In this document: positions 25,632 to 37,180 of the stretch, in pieces
Numbering within the stretch: the stretch's first letter is position 1
Layout: every line of letters starts with the position of its first letter
Assembly: GCA_030390025.1 (NCBI GenBank)
Contig: CM059431.1
Location: forward strand, 113,276,001-113,340,000
Direction of reading: 5' to 3'
Length of the DNA: 64,000 bases
From: Squalus acanthias
Lineage: Eukaryota
The notes under the pieces: model-generated
What the model saw: the letters and a program-made list of their open reading frames with translations, nothing else
Database searches by the model: none
Told to the model about the DNA's origin: nothing
Position numbers and translations under genes: made by a program

Positions 25632-26609
25632 AGATGTGTGTATCCGCGCTGGAGCTGGGTGTACATGGGTCTGCTGACGGTGCACCCTCAGAGACTGGAG
25701 CTCCCTCCTGTGGCTGGACAGTGGCGGGGGTGGAGGGGGGGTGGAGGGGCGGCATGTTCTGGGCTTGTGAGGAAGTAAAGAGATGAATTAGAAGTGTTAT
25801 GATAAGAATGGATAATGTTACCATTATTCACATGATGACATTTCACTGGCTGCTGACATCAGTCACCATGACGTTGTATGTCATGTGGCTGTATGAGATT
25901 TAATTCTGTCACCAGGTTGCTGGGAGGACCCCCTCTCTCCATCTCCCACCACCAGAAGCTCTGCAACTCCAGAGATCTCTAGGGCTTCCTCTGCTGCTGG
26001 AGTCAAATTTGTAAAGACTGGGGTCCCACCTCCAGTTCTCTGCCTCTCCCTGTTGTTGTGGGCTCTCTTCGCCTGCAAGGAGAGAAAGAAGAGAACTTTG
26101 AGTGAGAGTGATGGAATGAGTGGAAGGAATGGATGTGCTACATCTGTAGAGGGTGACTATGAGGGAGTGGCGTGACATTGCCAAATGGCCTCCTTCTGTG
26201 GTGTTACTTGCTACGGTTGCCTTAGGATGAAATAATCTGGGAACCTCGATTCAAAGAGAGAATTACCGGAATGGTTTTCCAATAGACAAGACAGACTCAG
26301 ATAAAAATGATTCAAAAACGGACTGGACCACAGATGTTTATTTTTAAATCTTAACTATCAATAGATGTCTGGCATTTTCCAGGTTTAATTTCTTCATGCG
26401 AACTGCAACAGTACCACAGTGCAAATAAAATTTTTGTCTTTGAGTGACATTTCCCAACTTGTAAGAAAACATATCATACATAAACATTCAAATTGAGCGA
26501 ACATTTCAAGAACTTGAACCACACAGAATATACATTGAGGAAGATTATGTATAGTTTACCTACATATGCTCTACTTGCAGTGCAACTGTATACTAGATTT
26601 ATAAGCTTT

Positions 26610-27575
26610 GGGGGGAGTTTTAACCTGGAGGAACGTGTGGGTTTGGGAGCTGGTGGGGTGAAAACCGGGAAAAATGTGAACGCGTCAGGAAGCCGGCTCC
26701 AACCCGCCGACTTCTGCGTTTACCTCGAGCGCATTATGCTGCTTGCGCGGAACCCCCTCGGGAGAGGCGGGTTGCCTATTATCATATGCGCATCGCTCAA
26801 TTGGAGCGAGAGTTCAACTCACTTTCAAGTTAAACGGCCCGATGGATGGAGAGCATTTGGTGAGGGTGACTATCAGGGAGAGGCATGAAATTGCATGAGG
26901 ATGAGGGTGAGTGGGAGTGGTGTTTGGATAGATGGGGATGTGAGGAATTGCAAGGAAAGAGAAGGATGGGTGCTTGTGCAAGGTAAGTGGGTGTGAGTAT
27001 TGACGTGACGGAATAGGCTTGACAAGGCAGAGTGAGGGGGAGGGGTGAAGCACACAGCTGGATGTAGCAGGATGTGTGCATTGTACTCACTTTTCCTGAC
27101 CTGGTTAGGTCATTAAAGTGCTTCCTGCACTGAATCCAAGAGCGTGGCACAATGCTCCTGCTGCTGACCTCCTGGGCCACCTCCAGTCATACCTTCTTTG
27201 TGTCAGCAGCAGGTTTCTTCCTCCTGTTGCTGGGGAAGAGTCTCTCTCTCCAGCTCCTCACTGACCCCAGCAGCACATCAAGGGAGACGTAGCATTTGAT
27301 CGTCTGGAATCAATTCTCACAGTTCCTCTTCTCTCCTTCCCAACTCCAAACTCCACCAAATTCCATCGTCAGACTGTCTCTTTAAATGGTGGAGTTGCGA
27401 TCTTGTCATGCGGGTCCTCATCACACCCGCTGCCGTGCATTGGATGCCAAATCTGGAAGTAAAATGATAATGAGGCGACTGAGTTAAAAAGCCACTGACA
27501 GACGCGCTGAACATACTTTCGGGTTTCCGCACGCGATATTGGACATCAGCCCCCCCCCCCCCCCCCACCCCCCAA
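26610..27575 (-). mobile_element. Non-autonomous Harbinger with Myb exon 1 (about 27091-27295) and intron
   Basis: VAQEVSSRSIVPRSWIQCRKHFNDLTRSGK followed by a GTGAGT donor; GGGGGAGTTTTAACC left end. Confidence 0.7.
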
Positions 27576-27589
27576 TGTGTCTCTGAGTT

Positions 27590-27866
27590 AACATAGAAAC
27601 ATAGAAACATAGAATCTAGGAGCAGGAGTAGGCCATTCGGCCCGTCGAGCCTGCTCCGCCATTCAATACGATCATGGCTGATCATCCAAATCCAGTACCC
27701 TGTCCCTGCTATAATCCCCACAGTACACATATCCCACCCTACCCCCGTAACCCCACGTATTTAATTCCCCCTAACATATCCCATCCTATCCCATCCTATC
27801 CCCATAACCCCACATATTTAATCCCCCCTAACACTAAGGGTCAATTTATCATAGCCAAATCAACCT
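27590..27866 (-). mobile_element. CR1 3' end fused to HE1 SINE fragments
   Basis: (AACATAGA)n tail and CR1 3' UTR, then twice-repeated sequence matching 16560-16643. Confidence 0.75.
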
Positions 27867-28280
27867 TATGTCGGGACCTGGGTCTCTGCTTTAAAGGGAA
27901 GGCTTTCCTCGGCTGGTTCTTCTATCTTCTTTGCCAGTCTTTATTGGAGGGAGTAAGCTGAGTCATGGACAGGACCAGAAAGTAAAATCCCATAGTCCAT
28001 TCTGTTTCTGTAATTTCAAACTGTATTAAGTATAAAAATACCACATTATCCAGAGACGTTTCTGGTCCTGAGTCTGTACTGATGTAGTTTCATACCAAGT
28101 AAAATCTGTGGAAAAAGATTCCACTGTAGCAGCTCATCAAATTACTCAGTCTATGCATGGTACCATTCAGTTACATTAACTTTTTACAGGGTGCTTGTAG
28201 ACTTGTACAAACCTTACCTTAATAAAACAAAAGTGAGAAGTCGCACAACACCAGGTTATAGTCCACAACTTTATTTGAAA

Positions 28281-28317
28281 TCACAAGCTTTCGGAGCACT
28301 GCTCCTTCATCAGGTGA
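28281..28317 (-). ncRNA. Minimal type-I hammerhead ribozyme motif
   Basis: UCAC-CUGAUGA-A-GGAGC-agu-GCUCC-GAAA-GC-UU-GUGA. Confidence 0.8.
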
Positions 28318-28634
28318 AGAAATACATATGGGCACAGCATATATAGTCAGAGAGCACTGCCAGACGACAACAGTTAATCTTTCTAACTGCCCTTTATCAC
28401 ACCTCGGCAGAGAGACAATCACGGCAATCAAAGGTGTGGATGGTGTCCAACCAGGTCAGTCATGAAAACATTACATCAAAGACGATAGCAAAATACAACA
28501 AAGACAATGAGGTGGGGTCACAAGGGGTCAAATGTGGCAGATGCTGGAGTCTGTATGGAAAACCAAAAACTTTAAACTTTTTTCTGGCAGTGCTCTCTGA
28601 CTATATATGCTGTGCCCATATGTATTTCTTCACT

Positions 28635-28671
28635 TCACCTGACGAAGGAGCAGCGCTCCGAAAGCTTGTGA
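28635..28671 (+). ncRNA. Minimal type-I hammerhead ribozyme motif
   Basis: UCAC-CUGACGA-A-GGAGC-agc-GCUCC-GAAA-GC-UU-GUGA. Confidence 0.8.
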
Positions 28672-30215
28672 TTTCAAATAAAGCTGTTGGACTATAACCT
28701 GGTGTTGTGCGACTTCTCACTTTTGTCCATCCCAGTCCAACACCGGCATCTCCGCATCATTAATAAAACAATTCACAGAGGATGAGTCCACAAGGATGCT
28801 GGTTACCCTGTCCCTGGAACAATTTCTTTTCACTGAGATTATGTTTCCCATATCTGCATGTGGGTATTAATTGAAGGAGGTCAAATTCATACCTAGCTAC
28901 TCTAGTCTATTTATATGGAAACGTTGTCTAAAAGGGTGAGAGCTTTACATCCTTTTACTTTATTATTCTCGTATTTCCTTTCCCTCCTAATCAATATGTT
29001 TTACCAGAAGAAAAGACCTAAATATCTTGGCTGAAGGGATGAAGAATAAAACAACCATTTCAGTATTCCTAGTGGAACGTCTCTGTTTCTTTTTTACATA
29101 CATACATTTGTAAAGCTGATTAATTAGAAACCGATAGCCATCCCTTCCCATCAAGCTACCCTTCTTCGATGTATTGATTCTTCTTTCTACCCTCTATCAC
29201 TTACATTTCTTGAAATATAATTACAGTTATTGCACTTTCGCGTACAAGTGGACAATATAGTTGGACCGTTGGTAATTTTTTACATCCATTTACTGCATGT
29301 GGAACACGGCAATCAAGGCATTGAGGTCATTTTGGGCAGTATTAATATCAGCTCACAGTCTGCGGTAGGTTCGACATACTGATAAATATTTTACTCCAAT
29401 GAAGTAAATACAAAAATTGAACCAATTATTGGGAGGGGAGGCAGGCAGTTGCAATTAATTATCATGCCACACTTTCCAAATAGTAAAGTGACATATTCCA
29501 TCAGAGGTGTAATTCATATTTGGATTATTTCCTTATATCCGAACAATATTCTGAATGGATACATTGGAAATGGATGGAAGTGCAACATTCATGTATAAAG
29601 AATAATTTCTCTGATCCAGTTGGCACAAATCAAGTAACTCTGTACATGAACGTAATGATGATAACAGGACCTATAGGATAAAAGAGTGCTGAGTATGATT
29701 GAATGTAATCACAGTTGTATTTAGGAGGGTACATAATGAATGTACTGAAGGCTTATATCTGTGTCTGAAATAGATTTTAAAAAGTGGCATGAGAGAGAAA
29801 AGAATTGAGAAAAATGAACCTTTTGACATTAAAACCACACACTCCATGGTTGACTGCAGAATAAGAACATAAGAACATAAGAAACAAGAGCAGGAGTAGG
29901 CCATTCGGCCCTTTGAGCCTGGTCCGCCATTCAATATGATCATGGCAGATCTTCTGCCTCAACTCCCCCTACTTGCACTATCCCTATATCCCTTGATTCC
30001 CTTAGTATCCAAAAATCTATTGATCTGTCTTGAATATCCACAGCCCTCTGGGGTAGAGCATTCCAAAGATTCACAACCTTTTGAGTGAAGAAATTTCTCC
30101 TCATCTCAGTCCTAAATGGCCAACCCCTTATTCTGAGACTGTGCCCCCTAGTTCTTGACTCCCCAGCCAGGGGAAACATCCTCCCAGCATCTACCCTGTC
30201 AAGCCCCTTAAGAAT

Positions 30216-30920
30216 TGGGGAGACCAAACGCAGATTGGGTGACCGCTTTGCGGAACACCTCCGTTCAGTCCGTAAGGGGGACCCCGAGCGCCCGGTGGCC
30301 TGTCACTTTAATTCACTGCTTCACTCCCACTCTGACCTCACCGTCCTCGGCCTCTTGCATTGTTCCACGGAAACTCAGTGTAAGCTCGAGGAGCAGCACC
30401 TCATCTTTCGATTAGGCACTCTACAGCCCTCTGGACTCAACATAGAGTTCAACAATTTCAGATCATAACCTCGGCCCCTATCACTGATATATATATATTT
30501 TTTTATCCACACTTTTTGTTTGGCCTTTTTTTCTTCCCTCCCACATGGCAGCTGTCCTTCATTCTGCCAGCGCAATTCACACTTCATCTAGAGCCATCCT
30601 TTGTTCCTTAACCTGTCACATTACCACCTCCTCTTCTCTTGAATATCTCTTAATGTCTCTCAATATCTCTCAATCTCTCCTGCTTTCTATCCTATCACTG
30701 ACCTTCCCTTTTGTTCTTTCATCCCTTCCCCCATTTCCCCGCCCCTAAACCTGCTTTAAAATCTATTCCATTTCCTGCTTTTTTCCAGTTCTGACGAAAG
30801 GTCTTCGACCTGAAACGTTAACTCTGTTTCTCTCTCCATGGATGCTGCCTGGCCTGCTGAGTTTTTCCGGCGTTTTCTGTTGTTATTTCGGATTTCCAGC
30901 ATCCGCAGTATTTTGCTATT
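30216..30920 (+). mobile_element. Penelope-like element, 5'-truncated: GIY-YIG endonuclease C-terminal half plus pLTR
   Basis: IGETKRRLGDRFAEH…PVACHFN…EEQHLIFRLGTLQPSGLN (to 30468); 11-bp TSD CCCTTAAGAAT (30205-30215, 30921-30931). Confidence 0.9.
30787..30823 (+). ncRNA. Minimal type-I hammerhead ribozyme motif
   Basis: AGUU-CUGACGA-A-AGGUC-uuc-GACCU-GAAA-CG-UU-AACU, downstream of the GIY-YIG ORF. Confidence 0.85.
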
Positions 30921-30949
30921 CCCTTAAGAATCTTATATGTTTCAATGAG

Positions 30950-32826
30950 ACGGCCATCTCAGTTGGGTGAGGCATCTGGGGCTCTGACCGAGGACTCCGC
31001 AGTATCATGGGAGTGTGAGCGCTTGGAGAGGAGCCCCCACTTCCTTGTTATCGACCACCACCATCCCTCTCATGAGTCACCCGCACTTCACTGCTATCAA
31101 GTAGCTGGAGAGCACCTTGCTGCACATCAGTGGGGCCATGAGGACCCATTTCTGTGCTGACCTTCCTCATAACAAGGACATCCATGAACCTCTGGTGTCT
31201 CTCCTCAATAGATGCCCATCTATCCTCCATAGATGACCATCTATTTAGAAGTGTTACCATGTTCTCCTGAGTCTGGCGCTTTATGTCCTCCATGGAGGTT
31301 GCCATCCTTTCCATGGTGGCACCTACATTCGCCAATGCGTGCATTCCTCATGTTTGACATGGACTCCTCCATTCTCTGCACACTTGCAGTTACCATGGTT
31401 GCAAACCCAGTCAGAGCCTTCTGCACTTGTTCCTGAAACTCCAGCACCGCTCTGTTTCAGGATGGCCCCAGAGGCACAGGGTCTACATGCAGCTGAGCGC
31501 CCTGTGGACTCTGACGAGGACTCTCCACTGCTGTCCCTGTCTCCACCATCTCCTCTTGCTCACTTGTGAGCTGTGATACACCAGGTGACAACATTAGTCT
31601 ATCTCGCAAACTACCCACCGAGATGTGCGTCTCTGCGCTGGTGCTGGGTGTGCTCATTTCTGCTGATGTTGCTCCCTCAGAGGCTGCAGGTTCCTCTGAG
31701 GAGTCCTCCTGCTCTTCCTCATGGACAGTGGGGAGGGGGCTCTCGATGGTCCTGTGGGGGAGTAAAGGCATGAGTTAGACATGTGATATTTAGGTAGCAG
31801 ACACATCCCATTGTGCAGATGATCAAAACTCAATTTCTATGAGCATCAGATGCCATATCAGTCACTCATGAAAGCAAAATCATAGGGTTGCAAATCAATT
31901 CTATCACCAGCTTGCTGTACCGTCCCCCACTTCCAGCTCCTCTGCACCTCCCACGATCTCCAGAGCTGTCTCCTCAGCGTTCGCTAGATGTGCCATGGAA
32001 GGTGGCCCTCCTCCTGTCCTCCCCCTCTCCCTCTTATTGGGGGCTCTCTTTTCCTGCAATGAGGGACACAAGTGGAGTTTCAGCGAGATTGATGGAGTAA
32101 GTATAAAGAATGGATAACATAGATGCTTAGAGGGAGACAAAGATGGAGTGAGGTGCCAATACCAAGGTCCCTCCCTGTTGTCCAATGTTGTCATTGCATA
32201 ACAGTGAGATCGAGTGTGAGGGGTGCATAGTAGGATGGTGAAGTGATTGTGCACATAGAGAGAGAGGGATGGGTGAGGGTGAAAAGGATTGAAGGTAAGT
32301 GTGATGTTATACTCACTTTTGCTGAGCGCATCAGATCATTAAACCTTTTCCAACACTGCACCCAGCTGTGTGTATACACCGACCTTGCACTGACCTCCTC
32401 AGCAATTTGCAGCCAGGCTGCCTTTGTGTGCTGAGGAGGCTTCCTCCGTCCATCGGAAGGGAAGAGGACCTCCTTTTGTCCTCTTACTCCCTCCACAAGA
32501 GCACGGAGGGAGTCATCATCAAAATGGGGAGCAGCCTTGGACCGTTCATTTTCCATGCCTGCAGCAACCAGCATTCGGTACCAGAAGAAAGCAAGTGAAA
32601 ATCAAAGGGGACATGGCCCCCTTAAATATCCAGGCTCCTAGCGCGTCATCAAGCGCGAGCAGCCAACCCGCACCCACCGATTGGGCCGGCTAGCATGCAC
32701 ATCGGCCTTAATGAGGCCAATCTCGGCAAAATCATTAATGGAGGGCAGCTGCAACCGGGAGCGGGACCGGAACCCGCAGAACAGCGAACCCGCCACCATC
32801 CCGGCTCCGGGCGGAAAATCCAGCCC
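30950..32826 (-). mobile_element. Harbinger element with a 3-exon Myb/SANT pseudogene (ATG about 32556); left part lost
   Basis: MENERSKAAPHFDDDSLRALVEGV…WVQCWKRFNDLMRSAK|gtgagt; exon 2 EKRAPNKRERGRTGGG; terminal AAAATCCAGCCC followed by TAA. Confidence 0.85.
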
Positions 32827-32967
32827 TAAGAGTGGGAGTGGGTTAGTGTGTGCCCTTTTCAAGCGTTGTGAACATATGTGAGGCAGCTTAGCACAATGTG
32901 CATGCTGAGGGGAAGAAGCAGCAGGTGTGAGCAAGAGGGGGCTGTCGGTGCATGGACAGTCGCAGGT

Positions 32968-34110
32968 CTTCGGTCTTCATCTTCTTAGGCAGCCCCTCGG
33001 GCATGCGGACGATGTGACCCGTCCATCGGAGCTGATTGAGCGTGGTCAAAGCTTCGATGCTGGGGATGCTGGCCTGAGCGAGAACGTTGGTGCGCCTATC
33101 CTGCCAATGGATTTGCAGGATCTTGCGGAGGCAGCGTTGGTGGTACCTCTCCAGTGCTTTTGAGTTGCCTGCTGTACATGGTCCATGTCTCTGAGGCATA
33201 CAGCAGGGCGGTTATCACTGCTGCTCTGTAGACCATGTTCTTAGTGCCAGGTTTGAGGTCCTGGTCTTCAAACACTCTCTTCCTCAGGCGACCGAAGGCT
33301 GCACTGGCACACTGAAGGCGGTGTTGGACTTCGTCATCGATGTCTTCCCTTGTTGACAGTAGGCTCCCGAGGTATGGAAAGTGGTCCACATTGTCCAAGG
33401 CCTTGTCGTGGATTTTGATAATCGGGGGGCAGTACTGTGTGGCGGGGGCAGGTTGGTAGAGGACCTTTGTCTTACGGATGTTTAGTGTAAGGTCCATGCT
33501 CTCGTACGCTTCGGTGAAGGTATTGACGATGGTTTGGAGTTCGACCCCCGAGTGAGTGCAGACGCAAGCATCGTCTGCATACTGTAATTCGAGGACAGAG
33601 GATGGGACGACCTTGGATCTGGACTGGAGGCGACGGAGGTTGAACAGTTTCCCATTTGTTCTGTAAATTAGCTCCACTCCAGCGGGGAGCTTACTGAGGG
33701 TGAGATGGAGCATTGCAGCCAGGAAGATCGAGAAGAGCATTGGTGCAATGACACAGCCTTGCTTGACCCCGGTCCGTACGTGAATTGGGTCTGTGGTGGA
33801 ACCGTTGGTCAGGATCACGGCTTGCATGTTGTCGTGAAGCAGGCGGAGGATGGTGACAAACTTTTGAGGGCAGCTGAATTTGAGGAGGACACTCCATAAT
33901 CCCTCACAGTTGACAGAGTCGAAGGCCTTTGTGAGATCAAAGAAGGTTATGTACAGCGGTTGATGCTGTTCCCTGCATTTCTCTTGTAATTGACGTGCGG
34001 TGAAGATCATGTCCGTTGTGCCCCTTAGTGGGCGGAATCCGCATTGCGACTCTGGGAGGAGCTCTTCGGCCACTGGGAGAAGTCGATTGAGGAGGATTCT
34101 TGTGGAATGG
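32968..34110 (-). mobile_element. RTE-clade (BovB-like) LINE fragment with long open RT
   Basis: LPESQCGFRP…DMIFTARQLQEKC…FFDLTKAFDSV…GVKQGCVIAP…YADD…FPYLGS; internal deletion before an (AAG/ATG)-type tail. Confidence 0.92.
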
Positions 34111-35008
34111 ACATGGACAACCGCAGGTGTTCGGTGCATGGACAGTCGCAGGTGTTCGGTGCATGGACAGCAGCAGGTGTTCAGTGCATGGACAGTCGCA
34201 GGTGTTCGGTGCATGGACAGTCGCAGGTGTTAAGTACATGGACAGTCGCAGGTGTTCGGTGCATGGACAGTTGCAGGTGTTCGGTGCATAGACAGTCGCA
34301 GGTGTTCGGTGCATGGACAGTCGCAGGTGTTCAGTGCATAGACAGTCGCAGGTGTTCGGTGCATGGACAGTCGCAGGTGTTCAGTGCATGGACAGCAGCA
34401 GGTGTTCGGTGCATGGACAGTCGCAGGTGTTCAGTGCATGGACAGCAGCAGGTGTTCGGTGCATGGACAGTCGCAGGTGTTCGGTGTATAGACAGTCGCA
34501 GGTGTTCAGTGCATGGACAGTCGCAGGTGTTCGGTGTATAGACAGTCGCAGGTGTTCAGTGCATGGACAGCAGCAGGTGTTCGGTGCATGGACAGTCGCA
34601 GGTGTTAAGTGCATGGACAGCAGCAGGTGTTCGGTGCATGGACAGTCGCAGGTGTTCGGTGTATAGACAGTCGCAGGTGTTAAGTGCATGGACAGCCGCA
34701 GGTGTTCGGTGCATGGACAGTCGCAGGTGTTCAGTGCATGGACAGCAGCAGGTGTTCGGTGCATGGACAGTCGCAGGTGTTCGGTGAATAGACAGTCGCA
34801 GGTGTTCGGTGCATGGACAGTCGCAGGTGTTCGGTGCATGGACAGACGCAGGTGTTCGGTGTATAGACAGTCGCAGGTGTTCGGTGTACAGACAGTCGCA
34901 GGTGTTCGGTGTATAGACAGTCGCAGGTGTTCGGTGCATGGACAGTCGCAGGTGTTCGGTGCATGGACAGACGCAAGTGTTCGGTGCATAGACAGTTGCA
35001 GGTGTTAG
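34111..35008. repeat. 25-bp minisatellite, about 36 copies (GACAGTCGCAGGTGTTCGGTGCATG)
   Basis: Head-to-tail repeats with few variants and no spacers. Confidence 0.97.
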
Positions 35009-35149
35009 GTGTGTGAGTGCAAGCAGAAGGAAGTATACATTGTGATTGGAAGAGTGGCTTGTGAAGTTGGGGAGGGAAGGATTGCTAGTGCTGGGGCCCA
35101 AATCTGGTGTTGCAGGGCTGTGCAGAGAGTAAGAGATACGAAGGGGAAT

Positions 35150-35662
35150 GTGACCTTGGCAAGCCTGGTAAAATCATCAAATTTCTTCCTGCATTGCTGA
35201 AAGGTCTTCGGAACCTATGGTGACCTGCCCAGCTATTTTTCTCCACTGCTGCTGGATAATTTGCCGGGGCATCCATTGCCCACCTAAAGGAAAGAGGACT
35301 TCTTTCTCCATCCTCACTTGTTCCATGAGGACCTCCATGACTGTATCTGTAAATCGGGGTGTCCAGGCTGTTGCCATTCTGCCTGCTGCCATAGTAACGC
35401 GCTGTTCACTCACCGTTAATGAAAACCCCACCTCTCCTTCCAGTGCCGGCTTTAACAAGAAGCAGGCCTGCTAGATTTCCAGCCCTCCCGTACAGTGAGC
35501 TGCCGACAAAGAGCACAATTAGTCTTGGCAGCTTACCTCCAGTATTTAAATGAGGCCTGATCACGAAAACAGATTGGGCTTGCTGCCAACACCATCAGGT
35601 GGAAGGAGCAGATGTTTCACCCACAATCACCCAGTCTACGCCACAAATGAAAACCAATCCCA
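35150..35662 (-). mobile_element. Harbinger end with degraded Myb exon 1; its intron extends left to about 32830
   Basis: TPRFTDTVMEVLMEQVRMEKEVLFP…W.KIA…CRKKFDDFTRLAK|gt. Confidence 0.7.
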
Positions 35663-35726
35663 TTAACTACTTTTGAAGAAATCTTAGGTTGAATCTTTTA
35701 ATATCAGCACATTTTATAGAAACTAT

Positions 35727-36502
35727 GGGCTGGATTTTGTCTTGGGGTCGGGTTGGGGTCGTGTCATCTGCATTTCGTGTTTCCCCCCCGACTCCAGTTG
35801 AATGTGGAAGAATGATGCAATTTTCACTTAATTGGTCAATTGAGTTCTAGCATGTGGGAACCCATGAACTAATTAGTGGTTTCAGTCTGAAAGTCGCCTC
35901 TGATGATGTCATCATTGCTGACTGCCTAGTCTGAGAGACTATTGGTGGGAGAGGACCTCCCTGGCTTGCTTCTGATGTGAGTGGATCTGGATGCATGCAA
36001 GGTGGGCGGGGGGGGGGGGAGGAAAGGAAGGACAGAGAGAGAGAGAGATATGTTTTTTGCATCCAAGTCCTCTCACAGCAAAGGCCATGCAGTTTCTGAA
36101 CACATTCAATTCAGCAGCAACTTTCACACCTAATACAACTACTACCTTCATCACATCTCCATTGTAATAATGGACTTGCAGCCGATAGTCAGCTATCTAC
36201 TTGTACTCCCGCCAGGTTTAACTGGAGTGTTTCACACCAGGCGTGCTTCACGCCAGAAAAGGGTTAAACTAGCTACAACGTTTGAAAATGGCATTACACA
36301 GCCAATTTAGGGCTTGTTAAGGGCTTTAATGGCCTCTCCCGCCTCCAAGAGGCGGGATGGAGTTGGGAAACACGCGACTGATTTTGTCAAAATTGCATGG
36401 AGGCGGGATAGAGTCGGGATGGGGTCGGGACCCCCGACCCCGCAAATTTAACCCCCCACACGCCTCCAAACCTGACTCCATGGGTCATTCAAAATCCAGC
36501 CC
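35727..36502. mobile_element. Harbinger-type MITE, full length
   Basis: TIRs GGGCTGGATTTTG / CAAAATCCAGCCC; TSD TAT. Confidence 0.92.
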
Positions 36503-36549
36503 TATGTCTGTTGATGGACAAAAAATTGTGTTTACTAAATTACTGCATT

Positions 36550-37180
36550 TTTACAACAATGACGTTCGAATATATAGCATCGTTAACGTAGTAAAACGTC
36601 CCAAAGTGCTTCACAGGAACGTTATTAGACAGAATTTGACACTGAGCCATATAAGGAGCTATTAGGACAGGTAACCAAAAGTTTGGTCAAAGAAGTAGGT
36701 TTTAAGGAGCATCTTAAAGGAGGAAAGAGCTAGAAAGATGGAGAGGTTTAGGGAGGGAGTTCCAGAGCTTAGGGCCTAGGCAGCTGAAAGCACGACCGCC
36801 AATGGTGAGCGAAGGAAATCGGGGCTGCACAAGAGGCCAGAATTAAAAGAACGCAGAATTCTTGGAGGGTTGTAGGGCTGGAGGAGTTAACTGTGATAGG
36901 CAGGGGCAAGGCCATGGAGAGATTTGAACGCAAGGATGAGAGTTTTAAATCTGAGGCATTGCCGAACTGGGATCCAACGTCAGTCAGAGAGCACAGGAGT
37001 GATGGGAGAACGGGACTTGGTGTGAGTTAGGATACGGGCAGCAGAGTTTTGGATGAGCTCAAGTTTACGGAGGGTAGAAAATGAGAGGTCAGCCTGGAGA
37101 GCATTGGAATACTCGAAACTGAAGGTAACAACTCCATGGGTGAAGGTTTCAGCAGCCGATGGGTTGTGGCAGGGGTGGAG
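36550..37180 (-). mobile_element. L2 LINE 3' fragment
   Basis: LRKLELIQNSAARILT…PITPVL; same family as 61635-62180. Confidence 0.88.

Larger units (their letters stand above)
23821..26581 (+). repeat. Complex duplication: A (23821-24173), copy of 19258-20418, A' (26229-26581)
   Basis: Direct sequence identity of both blocks. Confidence 0.9.
28231..28759. mobile_element. Penelope family-2 insertion with inverted pLTR arms
   Basis: Left arm on the minus strand, right arm on the plus strand; 12-bp TSD TTAATAAAACAA (28219-28230, 28760-28771). Confidence 0.85.
29861..30950 (-). mobile_element. CR1 3' fragment interrupted by a Penelope element
   Basis: ILKGLDRVDAGRMFP…RTRGHSL…LWNALP; (AAGAACAT)n tail. 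Confidence 0.9.

Noticed and set aside
34111..35008. CRISPR-like array, or Cys/His-rich repeat proteins in the ORF track
   Set aside because: Units are contiguous with no unique spacers, there are no cas genes and the context is vertebrate; the ORFs are translations of a minisatellite.
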